Positions 50,337 through 59,004 of a DNA stretch of 64,000 nt are shown here, in pieces (within the stretch, counting starts at the first letter, position 1; each line of letters starts with the position of its first letter). The stretch covers positions 135,525-199,524 of the forward strand of contig CAYVAJ010000001.1 of the NCBI GenBank assembly GCA_964448725.1. The letters run 5' to 3'. The notes under the pieces are model-generated. The model was not told the origin of the DNA and ran no database searches. It saw only the letters and a list, made by a program, of their open reading frames with translations. This stretch comes from an uncultured Gammaproteobacteria bacterium (GTDB lineage Bacteria > Patescibacteriota > Microgenomatia > Levybacterales > GWA1-39-11). A program made the position numbers and the translations under genes.

Positions 50337-51204
50337 TTTCAGTAACATAGTTCCCGCTTACCCAGCCTGATTCTCCATTATCTAAAGTGATTTTATACCA
50401 TCCATTCTGTGTATCGGTATAAGGAAATATTTCTCCAGGGTCAACTGTAGTAATCTGTCGACCAGCAGTTGATGGAGTAGATCGTACTCGTAAAAAACCT
50501 ACTGAATTCTCATCAATTTCAACTTTCTGTGCAATACTTTCTTCATCTTCTGATAGTTCATCATCTGTCTCAGTAGGTGTAGGAGTTGGGCTTACTTTTT
50601 CAAGGGTAGATTCATCTTCAGCTGATTCTGTGCCAAGATATGCTGAAACAACCAGCTTATATTCAGGAACGGTTCTAACTCTGATAGTTTTCTTAGCAAA
50701 TCCATCCTTTTGAATTTCTATTTCATGCTCTGAAGGTGAGATAGATTCCATAAAATAAGGACTAGTTCCACGTGGTGTACTGTCGACCGCAACCATGGCA
50801 GAGTTAGGAAGCGTACCAACAAAGAGCTGTGGTTCTTTTTCAGCTATTTTTTCAAGAGTTAATATATATGCACTTGCGAGAGATCCTGGTAAGAATGTTC
50901 GTTCAACAGCAGTCAGTACGCCTGGTGTTACGGTTACTTTGACGACAAAGGGTGTAAACTGTGTGTCTTCAGGAACAATCTTTACGGTATATTCTCCTTG
51001 TGTGATGGTATTGTTCTGTTCACACTTACATACTGGTGTCTGTCCGAGTAACTTGTCATCAAGATATACTGAGCTTTTTATATTTGCAGTTACTTGTAGT
51101 GCTCCTTGTCCTGATGGTCGTACATTCTGTATTACTTGGGTGAGAAGGAATAATCCGATAAGAATAAGAATAACAGCCAAGACCAGGAGGAAATTTCGTT
51201 TCAT
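50326..51204 (-). CDS. PEGA-domain protein with C-terminal SH3b domain
   Basis: 'VYLDDKLLGQTP', 'GTSP...HEIEIQKDGF'; 'LRVRSTPST...GWYKI...GESGWVS'. Confidence 0.85.
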   Translation of the reverse strand: MKRNFLLVLAVILILIGLFLLTQVIQNVRPSGQGALQVTANIKSSVYLDDKLLGQTPVCKCEQNNTITQGEYTVKIVPEDTQFTPFVVKVTVTPGVLTAVERTFLPGSLASAYILTLEKIAEKEPQLFVGTLPNSAMVAVDSTPRGTSPYFMESISPSEHEIEIQKDGFAKKTIRVRTVPEYKLVVSAYLGTESAEDESTLEKVSPTPTPTETDDELSEDEESIAQKVEIDENSVGFLRVRSTPSTAGRQITTVDPGEIFPYTDTQNGWYKITLDNGESGWVSGNYVTEITQ

Positions 51205-51298
51205 GCGTATTCACTATCATACCAAACTTATATATATATGCTCAAGAAAATGATTGATTATTTCGTGTAATAAACTGTTAAGAAAAGGCTCAAAGGTC

Positions 51299-51332
51299 TT
51301 GACAATTAGCAGTCTGATTGGTAGACTGATAA
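51299..51332 (+). promoter_or_regulatory. hsp20 promoter overlapped by a variant CIRCE
   Basis: TTGACA (51299), 17 bp, TAGACT (51322); TTAGCAGTC-N9-GACTGATAA at 51306-51332. Confidence 0.85.
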
Positions 51333-51347
51333 TATTAAAGTTTAAGA

Positions 51348-51433
51348 GTGAAGGAGATTTGTCTTCCGTAGCCTGACACAATATTGTACTTAAAACTCCT
51401 TCACACGAGGCTCCGGAAGGCGAAGGGAGGTGA
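51348..51433 (+). ncRNA. Candidate structured cis-regulatory leader of hsp20
   Basis: Stem 51358-51374/51408-51424; second pairing GTGAAGGAG (51348-51356)/CTCCTTCAC (51396-51404); SD GGGAGGTGA 51425-51433. Confidence 0.5.
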
Positions 51434-51439
51434 GTATCT

Positions 51440-51853
51440 ATGGCAGATGTAAGACTTCGACCATTTCGACCGTTTTTACTCCCATCTTTGTGGGATGAGG
51501 ACGAATGGCAGCCATTCACATCAGGATCACATGGTATGGATGTGTATGAAACTGATAGTGAAATAGTTGTCAAAGCACCTGTTCCTGGAATTCCTGTAGA
51601 AAATGTTGATGTGTCTTTTGAAGAAGGAGTACTGCGAATCAGAGGACGACATGAGGAAAAGGAAGAGGAAAAGAAGCGAAAGAAAGTTGTGCATCAATCA
51701 CAGCGTGTTACTACATTTGACTATGCAACTACTCTTCCACGCCCGATTGATGTAGAAAAAGTACAAGCAGAAGTAAGTAACGGAGTAGTAATCGTAACTG
51801 CTCCACTCGCATCAGAAGCAAAACCTCGAAAAATCTCTGTGAAAGCAGGGTAA
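51440..51853 (+). CDS. Hsp20/alpha-crystallin small heat shock protein
   Basis: 'MDVYETD..IVVKA.VPG...E.VDV...EGVLRIRG', 'LP...D..KVQA..SNGVV.VT.P'. Confidence 0.93.
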   Translation: MADVRLRPFRPFLLPSLWDEDEWQPFTSGSHGMDVYETDSEIVVKAPVPGIPVENVDVSFEEGVLRIRGRHEEKEEEKKRKKVVHQSQRVTTFDYATTLPRPIDVEKVQAEVSNGVVIVTAPLASEAKPRKISVKAG

Positions 51854-51868
51854 TTCTGAGTACAATAT

Positions 51869-51901
51869 AAAAAACCTCTCCAGCTTTGGGGAGGTTTTTT
51901 T
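51869..51901. terminator. Bidirectional intrinsic terminator between hsp20 and metG
   Basis: AAAAAACCTCTCCA-gctt-TGGGGAGGTTTTTT between convergent genes. Confidence 0.85.
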
Positions 51902-53327
51902 ATGGAAGTCGAGGAAAAAGAGGATTTGCTGATTGTACTTGTCCTGAAAATTGATTCATAACCTTTTGTGCTGTCTCTGGCATAAAAGGCTGAAGATCAA
52001 AGGCTGCCTGTTGAATGGCAGTAATGTAGCTCAGAAGTAATTCTTTTAATTCTTCTTGGTTATTAATTTTCCATGGTTCGTCTTGATTTATTTTTCTATC
52101 AATTTCACGAAGTTCTCTCCATATTGAACCTAATGCATCAGCGAACTGATATTTTATCAAGTGATCGTGGACAGTATTAGAAAAGGCCAAATTAAGAGAA
52201 GATGGAAGGGTTATTTCTGCATTTTCTGCAAGTTTTGCAACCCGCGCAACAAGATTGCCCAGTCCATTTGCAAGATCTGCACTGTAAACTTCTTTAAATC
52301 TGTCAACACTTGCCTCACCATCATCAGCAAGCGGAATTTGAGATAACAAGTAATATCGAAATGGCTCTAATCCGAATTTTTCTACCATCTCAAAAGGGTC
52401 AACTACATTCCCCAATGATTTACTCATCTTTTGTCCGCCAGGCGCAGTAATAAAGCTGTGAATAAGTATCTGCTTTGGGAGTGGAAGTTTTGCGGAGAGC
52501 AACATTGCAGGCCAGTAGACAGTATGAAATCGGTTAATATCTTTTCCTATAATATGAAGGTCAGCTGGCCACCATTTTTCCCACTTTTTTTCATCTGTCC
52601 CAAATCCTATGCCTGTCATATAAATTGATAAAGCATCAAACCATACATACATAACTTGATTGTCATCTCCAGGTACGGGAACGCCAACACCTCTTGCACG
52701 AGCTTTAGATCTTGATATGCTGAAATCCTCCAAACCTCGTTTGATAAATGAGAGTGCCTCGGCACGTTTGTTGCTTGGAATGATGTGTAATGTATCTGAT
52801 TCAATAAGTTGTTCTAACTGCTCTTGATAGCGGGATAATTTAAAAAAATAATTTTCTTCTTTTACAAGCTCTGGTTTTTTTAGATGATCTGGACACTCAC
52901 CTTGATCGTTCAGTTCTTCTGGAGTTTTGAAGCTTTCACAGCCAACACAGTATAGACCTTCATATGACTTTTTATAAATATCTTCGTTTGTCTCACATAA
53001 TTTCCAAAGTTTTTGTACTCCTGGCCAATGCAACTGTGTATCAGATCCTCTCTGAAAGACATCGAGATGTACGCCAAGTTGTGCAAATGCTTCTTTAAAA
53101 ACTTTTGAATTTTTGTCTAAAAAGGTTTGAGTATCTATTCCTTCTTTTTCTGCAGCTTGTACATTTTTGAGTGCATTTTCATCAGCACCAGACAGTAATA
53201 ATGTCTCTTCACCGAGAAGATCGTGGAAACGGCGTGTTGTGTCTGCTTGAAAGTATTCAAGTGCATGACCCAGGTGAGGTTTACCATTTACATATGGAAT
53301 AGCGGTTGTCAGATAAAACTTGCTCAT
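51900..53327 (-). CDS. metG: Methionine--tRNA ligase (short form)
   Basis: 'YVNGKPHLGH', 'YCVGCE', 'YVWFDAL', 'GKDI.RFH', 'KMSKS'. Confidence 0.97.
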   Translation of the reverse strand: MSKFYLTTAIPYVNGKPHLGHALEYFQADTTRRFHDLLGEETLLLSGADENALKNVQAAEKEGIDTQTFLDKNSKVFKEAFAQLGVHLDVFQRGSDTQLHWPGVQKLWKLCETNEDIYKKSYEGLYCVGCESFKTPEELNDQGECPDHLKKPELVKEENYFFKLSRYQEQLEQLIESDTLHIIPSNKRAEALSFIKRGLEDFSISRSKARARGVGVPVPGDDNQVMYVWFDALSIYMTGIGFGTDEKKWEKWWPADLHIIGKDINRFHTVYWPAMLLSAKLPLPKQILIHSFITAPGGQKMSKSLGNVVDPFEMVEKFGLEPFRYYLLSQIPLADDGEASVDRFKEVYSADLANGLGNLVARVAKLAENAEITLPSSLNLAFSNTVHDHLIKYQFADALGSIWRELREIDRKINQDEPWKINNQEELKELLLSYITAIQQAAFDLQPFMPETAQKVMNQFSGQVQSANPLFPRLP

Positions 53328-53354
53328 ACAGATACAGTGTATTGTACCAAAAAT

Positions 53355-53726
53355 CTATGATTTGCGCTCTGGAGAAGGTTGTTTCAAACGCTTGGGAGGT
53401 CTACGAAAATAGACAGTACTGAGTAATACGATTAAAAGAAGAATAACCACATAAGAGCCTTCGGTATATCCAAGCATACGCAACAAAAGTGTTGCGACTA
53501 CAAAAAGAGCAAAAAATACTCCTTTAATACTGTTAATAAAGATGTATGTAAAGATGAGATAAGAAGCAAGGAATATTAAGATAAAAAAGAGAATAATCGG
53601 ATCGATCATAAAAGTATATATTTCAATTTTTTGCTTCGGATCTACAAAATAAATGAGCTCAAAGAGGGCAATTAAAAAGATTGTAAATGCCATAACAAAA
53701 TGAAGTAGTCGTTTTCTCATATGCAT
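53355..53726 (-). CDS. Hypothetical 4-TM protein
   Basis: 123-aa hydrophobic ORF; TACACT 6 nt upstream of ATG. Confidence 0.7.
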   Translation of the reverse strand: MHMRKRLLHFVMAFTIFLIALFELIYFVDPKQKIEIYTFMIDPIILFFILIFLASYLIFTYIFINSIKGVFFALFVVATLLLRMLGYTEGSYVVILLLIVLLSTVYFRRPPKRLKQPSPERKS

Positions 53727-53832
53727 GTATTAAGTGTAAAGCGTAAATTACAAAGTGTAAAGATATATCAATCTCCTTGACTTTTAAAAATTGCTTCTGA
53801 TACTCTTAAACTAGCAAATAATATATCAAATT

Positions 53833-56169
53833 ATGATGGACGGATTTAATCATTTTGTGACCTCTCTTTTTTCCTCTTCTAAAAAAATGGCAGGCATGGT
53901 CATCATTCTTCTTATCGCAGTAGCCGTTCCAGTAACGCTTGGCCTTTTAAAGCAAAATCAGGATATCAGACAGGAAGCAGCGACAAACCTTACTTGTACG
54001 CTTCTTCCGCTTGAAAAATTATCTAACACTTCTTTTAAAGCAACTGTAGAGTTTAATGGAAGTGGTGCGCAAAACTACAGCACATTTGATTGGAAGCTCC
54101 ACTACTCAGATGGAACAGAAATTCCAAATAAACGTGTATGGACAGCAAAGCCTAACGATCCACCTGCCACTCATAATTTTCAAAATTTAGAATCAGGGAA
54201 ATCATATGCGTTGGTAGTACAGTTTACAAAAGCTAATGGAGGAGATCCATTTCCTTGTGGAACACAACATATCACTTTAAGTTCTAATAATGATCAGAAC
54301 CAAAATAATAACAATAATAGTGGAACAGTCCCCACCATTAACCCTTCAAATGCGCCATTTGTTCAAAACTTTGAAGTAAGACCTTCAGAGGTAAAGGAAA
54401 ATACAAAAACTGAAATTCTTATTCCATTGCCATCTGGACGTGCTGTGACAGAGTATGCTATTTATATTCACGGAACAAACCAACCTAAACCACTCCAAGC
54501 CTCTCAAAATAATTATAACCCTGATAATGTCGGTGCAGATACATTTTATAGGTTAAATACCCCTGGGTCATCAACTGCTAGATTTTCTGCTCCTGCAAAA
54601 GCTGGAACATATTATATTGCAGTCAATGCTGTAACAGGAGCATATATCTGTTCTTGGGATGGAAAAATCTATTATAGAAATCCGAATACTGGACAGGTAG
54701 AAGCTACAGGACAAACGTGCCAAAATAGTCTCAAGACCCTTAAAGTAACATCTTCAACTTCAGGAGGTGTTGGAGGACAAGCAAGCTGTACTCTTGATGT
54801 GTCAAGTGCCGTTCCAAATATAATTCGTGCCTCAGTTTCAGCGACAAATTTTTCATCTGAATATAATCGTATCCGTTGGAGGATATATAACTCTGGTGGC
54901 TCATTGGTAAAAGACGAACACACAACAGCAGATCCTAATTTTACTACTCCTATGTCTCAACAGTTCCCTAATATAGAAGCAGGAAGGTACGATGTTATTG
55001 CAGAGTATTATTCTACCCAATCACTTCCTGCTATTCTTTGCGGCAATAAGTCTGTTACTGTATCAGATCCAGTTGATCCTGGGACAAATAACCCAGGAAC
55101 AAATGATCCTGGGACAAGTAACCCAGGGACTAATAATCCTGGTGGATGGGATCCGGGTTCAGGCTTTCCTGGTGGCAATCCAGGAGGAATTGGCGGTGGT
55201 CCTATTAGTTCGCTTTTCTCTATTAAAGGTACTGTATTTGTAGATGCCAATAAAAACAAGAGGATGGATAGTGGGGAAAAAGGTTTTGAAGGTGCTACAG
55301 TTAAAGCATATGGCACCCAGGTTAATACCGATTCATCAGGTAAGTATAGTATTCCTGTAAGTGGTTTGACTATGAGTACATTAGAACTCACTGTCCCCCC
55401 TTGTTATACTGCCACGACTGATACGAGCATACGGGTAAGTCCACTTAGTTTTGGTGATATAAATTTTGGTATCATGCCATCTACTGGAGCAGGATGTGGT
55501 ACAACTCCTACTGTTACTCCTACGGTTACTACGACTCCTGTCCCTGCTTGTGGTGCAACGTGTGCAAGTAGTGCAGCATGTGCTGGTGCAGCAAACGGTT
55601 GTTCTACCTGCGTGACAGGAAGCAATGGTCAGAAGACTTGCCAGGCATCTACGAATACGAATCAAATTAACCTTGCAGTCTCTGTAGAGATGCCAGGTAT
55701 TGGTACGAGGACAGGAGATAATAGAAATCCAGCACGTACTACAAGAACCGGAAAAGTAGAGGTATACAATACTCAAAATGAGAAAGTAAAAGAAGGAGAT
55801 ATTAACTTTACCTTTACATTGGCAAGTCAATCAGCAGTGTATAACGGAACTGTTGAGATGACAAATATGGCAGAAGGGACATATTATGTAAAAGTTCGTT
55901 TTGACAATACAGTGTTTGAACAGCTTCCAGGGGTATATAATCTGAAAAAAGGCAATAATACACTTCCTACGATTGCGCTTGCACCTGGAGATCTAAACCA
56001 GGATAATAACCTGGACATGCAAGATTACTCAGTTTTTGTCAGCTGCTATGGAGATAAGAATTGTGGAGACAATACGAAAAAATTGGCTGACTTTAACGAT
56101 GATGGAAAAGTAGATGGAGTAGATTATAATATACTTATTCGGTCATTTGCGATTCGCTCAGGAGACTAA
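53833..56169 (+). CDS. Multi-domain surface protein with Ig-like repeats, SdrD-B-like domain, Cys-rich module and C-terminal dockerin
   Basis: 'GTVFVDANKNKRMDSGEKG' (SdrD-B-like); 'GDLNQDNNLDMQDY...ADFNDDGKVDGVDYNIL' (paired dockerin calcium loops). Confidence 0.8.
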   Translation: MMDGFNHFVTSLFSSSKKMAGMVIILLIAVAVPVTLGLLKQNQDIRQEAATNLTCTLLPLEKLSNTSFKATVEFNGSGAQNYSTFDWKLHYSDGTEIPNKRVWTAKPNDPPATHNFQNLESGKSYALVVQFTKANGGDPFPCGTQHITLSSNNDQNQNNNNNSGTVPTINPSNAPFVQNFEVRPSEVKENTKTEILIPLPSGRAVTEYAIYIHGTNQPKPLQASQNNYNPDNVGADTFYRLNTPGSSTARFSAPAKAGTYYIAVNAVTGAYICSWDGKIYYRNPNTGQVEATGQTCQNSLKTLKVTSSTSGGVGGQASCTLDVSSAVPNIIRASVSATNFSSEYNRIRWRIYNSGGSLVKDEHTTADPNFTTPMSQQFPNIEAGRYDVIAEYYSTQSLPAILCGNKSVTVSDPVDPGTNNPGTNDPGTSNPGTNNPGGWDPGSGFPGGNPGGIGGGPISSLFSIKGTVFVDANKNKRMDSGEKGFEGATVKAYGTQVNTDSSGKYSIPVSGLTMSTLELTVPPCYTATTDTSIRVSPLSFGDINFGIMPSTGAGCGTTPTVTPTVTTTPVPACGATCASSAACAGAANGCSTCVTGSNGQKTCQASTNTNQINLAVSVEMPGIGTRTGDNRNPARTTRTGKVEVYNTQNEKVKEGDINFTFTLASQSAVYNGTVEMTNMAEGTYYVKVRFDNTVFEQLPGVYNLKKGNNTLPTIALAPGDLNQDNNLDMQDYSVFVSCYGDKNCGDNTKKLADFNDDGKVDGVDYNILIRSFAIRSGD
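55075..55185 (+). repeat. 15-bp coding repeats encoding (D/N)PG pentapeptides
   Basis: DPGTN-NPGTN-DPGTS-NPGTN-NPGGW-DPG... linker. Confidence 0.7.
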
Positions 56170-56173
56170 TATT

Positions 56174-56770
56174 ATGCCAAGAAGAACAGTTATACTTATC
56201 ATTATTCTTACAATACTCACTGGTGTGTTAGTCTTTCTTGCTGTGCAAAATGAACAGCGTAAAGTACAAGCGCCTGATATGACAGTGGGAACAGAATCTC
56301 CTACGCAGCAACCAGTATCCAAAACGGCTACTGTTTCATTTGATCCAATGAGTGTCCAGGCAGTTGCTTCGACACGATCAGCATCAACAGTTGATGTTAT
56401 TCTTGATAGTAAAGAACATACAATTGATAGTATTCAGTTAGAGTTTGTGTATGATCCGGCAATTCTTTCCAACGTAACAGTTGTTGCACCAGAATCGAAT
56501 TTTTTTGGAGATCAGGGAAGTTATACTGTTTTTCCTTTGTCAGATGATCCGCAAAGAGGCAGAGCCTCATATGCTGTTGGGATAAGTCCTGAGAGGGAAG
56601 CACGGCAAGGTATTGGAGTAGTTGCTCAGATATCATTCTCTGTAAATCCTCAATCTACTGCTTCTGCAACCGAAATCCAGGTATTAGATCGTTCTATGGC
56701 AAATGAACCAAATAGCCATCAAAGTGTGCTTGCACCGGTAGAACCTCTCACTATTACAATTGTGCGTTAA
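56174..56770 (+). CDS. Membrane-anchored cohesin-like domain protein
   Basis: TM; 'VDVILDS..HTIDSIQLEFVYDPAIL...GIGVVAQISFSV'; start ATG 56174. Confidence 0.75.
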   Translation: MPRRTVILIIILTILTGVLVFLAVQNEQRKVQAPDMTVGTESPTQQPVSKTATVSFDPMSVQAVASTRSASTVDVILDSKEHTIDSIQLEFVYDPAILSNVTVVAPESNFFGDQGSYTVFPLSDDPQRGRASYAVGISPEREARQGIGVVAQISFSVNPQSTASATEIQVLDRSMANEPNSHQSVLAPVEPLTITIVR

Positions 56771-56777
56771 GACTTGC

Positions 56778-57539
56778 ATGAAAAATATATTATCTCAACT
56801 TTCACAGATGCTTTCTGGACATACTCGAATAATTCCTATCTTAGGGGTGTTGGCCTTAGTGCTTGCTCTTCCGTTAACTCTGAGTCTTCTGGAACAAAAT
56901 CAAGATAATCGTCAGCAGGCTGCAGGCACAGAGGAGCAGTTATTCTCACAAGCAGACCCAAGTGCAAGTTCATCTGCTACAACTTGTGCTTCAGTAGGAG
57001 GAGAGTGTGTTGCTGATTCAGAATGGGTAAATTCACAAGCCCTTTTTGCCGCAGCATCTGTAGATGGAACGTATTCATGTCCTAGAACTGGTGATGTATG
57101 TGTCGTGCAGAAGCGGCCGACTGTTGAAAATCAAACATGCACGGGAAGCTGCGATATATCAAGTTCTATGTGTGAAGCAAATGGAGGTATTGTGACATCA
57201 GATACTTGTCATAATAAAAATCTGTGCTGTATGGTTCCATCTCAACCTGAACCTACTATAACATATCCTCCTCTAGGTAGTGCATGTTCTGATGGATCTG
57301 GAAATTTTTCATGCGGATTTGGTACTACTGACACAGAATGTCCTGTATGTAGCCCAGTTGCTGATTGTAGCACAGGAAATTATTCTATATTAAGTTGTTC
57401 AGGAACAGCAGTATGTACACAAGATTCAGATTGTGCTAACAATCCCCCAAGCTGTCCTGCTGGAAAAACAGGGACAGTTGTGTGTAATATTCCTTCTGGT
57501 CAAACACAAGGAAGCTGTCAGACGGTAAACTGCAAGTAG
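56778..57539 (+). CDS. Cysteine-rich surface protein
   Basis: N-terminal TM plus QDNRQQAA motif; 22 Cys downstream. Confidence 0.75.
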   Translation: MKNILSQLSQMLSGHTRIIPILGVLALVLALPLTLSLLEQNQDNRQQAAGTEEQLFSQADPSASSSATTCASVGGECVADSEWVNSQALFAAASVDGTYSCPRTGDVCVVQKRPTVENQTCTGSCDISSSMCEANGGIVTSDTCHNKNLCCMVPSQPEPTITYPPLGSACSDGSGNFSCGFGTTDTECPVCSPVADCSTGNYSILSCSGTAVCTQDSDCANNPPSCPAGKTGTVVCNIPSGQTQGSCQTVNCK

Positions 57540-57554
57540 ACAGAGTATCTTGTC

Positions 57555-57591
57555 TTGACAAACATTAGCAGTCATGCTATCATTTTGCTAA
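57555..57591 (+). promoter_or_regulatory. hrcA promoter overlapped by a variant CIRCE
   Basis: TTGACA (57555), 17 bp, TATCAT (57578); TTAGCAGTC-N9-TTTTGCTAA at 57565-57591. Confidence 0.8.
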
Positions 57592-57633
57592 TATTAATTT
57601 TAAACTCTACATTTTAAGTTAGAGTTTTATATC

Positions 57634-58356
57634 ATGTACGATCTTACACCGCGCCAAATAGAAATACTTAAAAATATTGTCAGAGAATATATTGATTCAG
57701 CTGAACCAGTAGGAAGTGAAACGCTGGAGAAAAAATATGATCTAGGAGTGTCACCTGCAACCATCCGAAATGAAATGGCTGATATGGTAAAGCTTGGCTA
57801 TTTAGCAAAACCCCATTCTTCTTCAGGTCGTATTCCAACAAGCAAAGCAATAAAACTCTATGTAACAGAGCTTATGAAAGAACGTGTCCTCTCTGTTGCA
57901 GATGAGGTTGAGGCAAAAGAAAAAGTATGGGATCTGCGAGCTGTTGAGTCACAATTTTTTCGTCAATTGACCCGCAGTCTTTCACAAAAAACAGGAACGC
58001 TTGCTGTTGCGGCAACACAAGAAGGTGATTTGTATTTTGCTGGGTACTCAAATATTCTTGATATGCCTGAATTTTATGACATTGATATTACAAAAAATTT
58101 ACTTGCGATCTTGGATGATGTGTCATACTTTGATATGATACTAAAACGGATTGAAAATGATTATGCAGTGTTATTAGGCGAAGAGTTAGGGCTTGAACCA
58201 CTGCGTCCATATGGATTTGTATTCTCAAAATATGTTACACGGAATAATCGCCAAGGATCAATCGGTGTAATTGGACCAGCACGCCTTCATTATGAAGTAG
58301 TAGTTCCATGCGTGCGATATTATGGGCACTTAGTTGGGGAAGTTGCAAATTGGTAA
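57634..58356 (+). CDS. hrcA: Heat-inducible transcription repressor HrcA (short form)
   Basis: 'LTPRQ.EIL..IV.EYI..AEPVGS', 'SPATIRNEM', 'PHSSSGRIPT', 'GVIGPARL.Y'. Confidence 0.93.
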   Translation: MYDLTPRQIEILKNIVREYIDSAEPVGSETLEKKYDLGVSPATIRNEMADMVKLGYLAKPHSSSGRIPTSKAIKLYVTELMKERVLSVADEVEAKEKVWDLRAVESQFFRQLTRSLSQKTGTLAVAATQEGDLYFAGYSNILDMPEFYDIDITKNLLAILDDVSYFDMILKRIENDYAVLLGEELGLEPLRPYGFVFSKYVTRNNRQGSIGVIGPARLHYEVVVPCVRYYGHLVGEVANW

Positions 58357-58383
58357 ATAAAATTGAAAGTTGAGAATTGAAAG

Positions 58384-58893
58384 ATGAAAGATGACAAAAA
58401 GAAACAAGATAAAAACGGTGAAGAATTAAAAGAAGTTGTTGAAGAGAAAGATCTGGAAGGACAGTCTGAAACACAACAACTAGAACAAAGAATTGCAGAG
58501 CTTGAAGATCAGTATAAAAGGGCAGTAGCTGATTATCGAAATCTTGAAAAGAGAGTTGCAGAAGATCGACTAGAATTTATAAAATTTGCAAATAAAGAAT
58601 TGCTCGAACGGTTACTTCCAGCATTTGACACACTTTTCTTAGCTGAGAGATATGTGCAAGATGATGGACTTAAGTTAACCATAAAATCACTTGCCGATGC
58701 ATTAGAACAAGTAGGTGTTACACGAGTACAAACAGTTGGAAATGACTTTGATCCAGAGACAATGGAATGTGTTGAGACAGTAGATGGAGAAGAAGAGAAT
58801 AAAGTAGTAGAAGAAATCCGACCTGGATTTGTTCTTTCTGGTAGAACCTTGCGTGCAGCACTGGTAAAGGTAGGTTCTACAAAGCAGAATTAA
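58384..58893 (+). CDS. grpE: Nucleotide exchange factor GrpE
   Basis: 'RAVADYRNLEKR', 'FDPETME', 'GF...GRTLRAALVKV'. Confidence 0.93.
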   Translation: MKDDKKKQDKNGEELKEVVEEKDLEGQSETQQLEQRIAELEDQYKRAVADYRNLEKRVAEDRLEFIKFANKELLERLLPAFDTLFLAERYVQDDGLKLTIKSLADALEQVGVTRVQTVGNDFDPETMECVETVDGEEENKVVEEIRPGFVLSGRTLRAALVKVGSTKQN

Positions 58894-58901
58894 TAAAAAA
58901 A

Positions 58902-58993
58902 AGCGTCTGGTAATTAGTGTATAGCGCGTAGTTTGAAAAATACAAGATATAGTATAGAATATACTGAGCGCTAAACACTAGCAACTAAACGCT
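58902..58993. repeat. Imperfect 26-bp inverted repeat between grpE and dnaK
   Basis: AGCGTCTGGTAATTAGTGTATAGCGC (58902-58927) vs GCGCTAAACACTAGCAACTAAACGCT (58968-58993). Confidence 0.65.
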
Positions 58994-59004
58994 AGAAAGA
59001 AACT

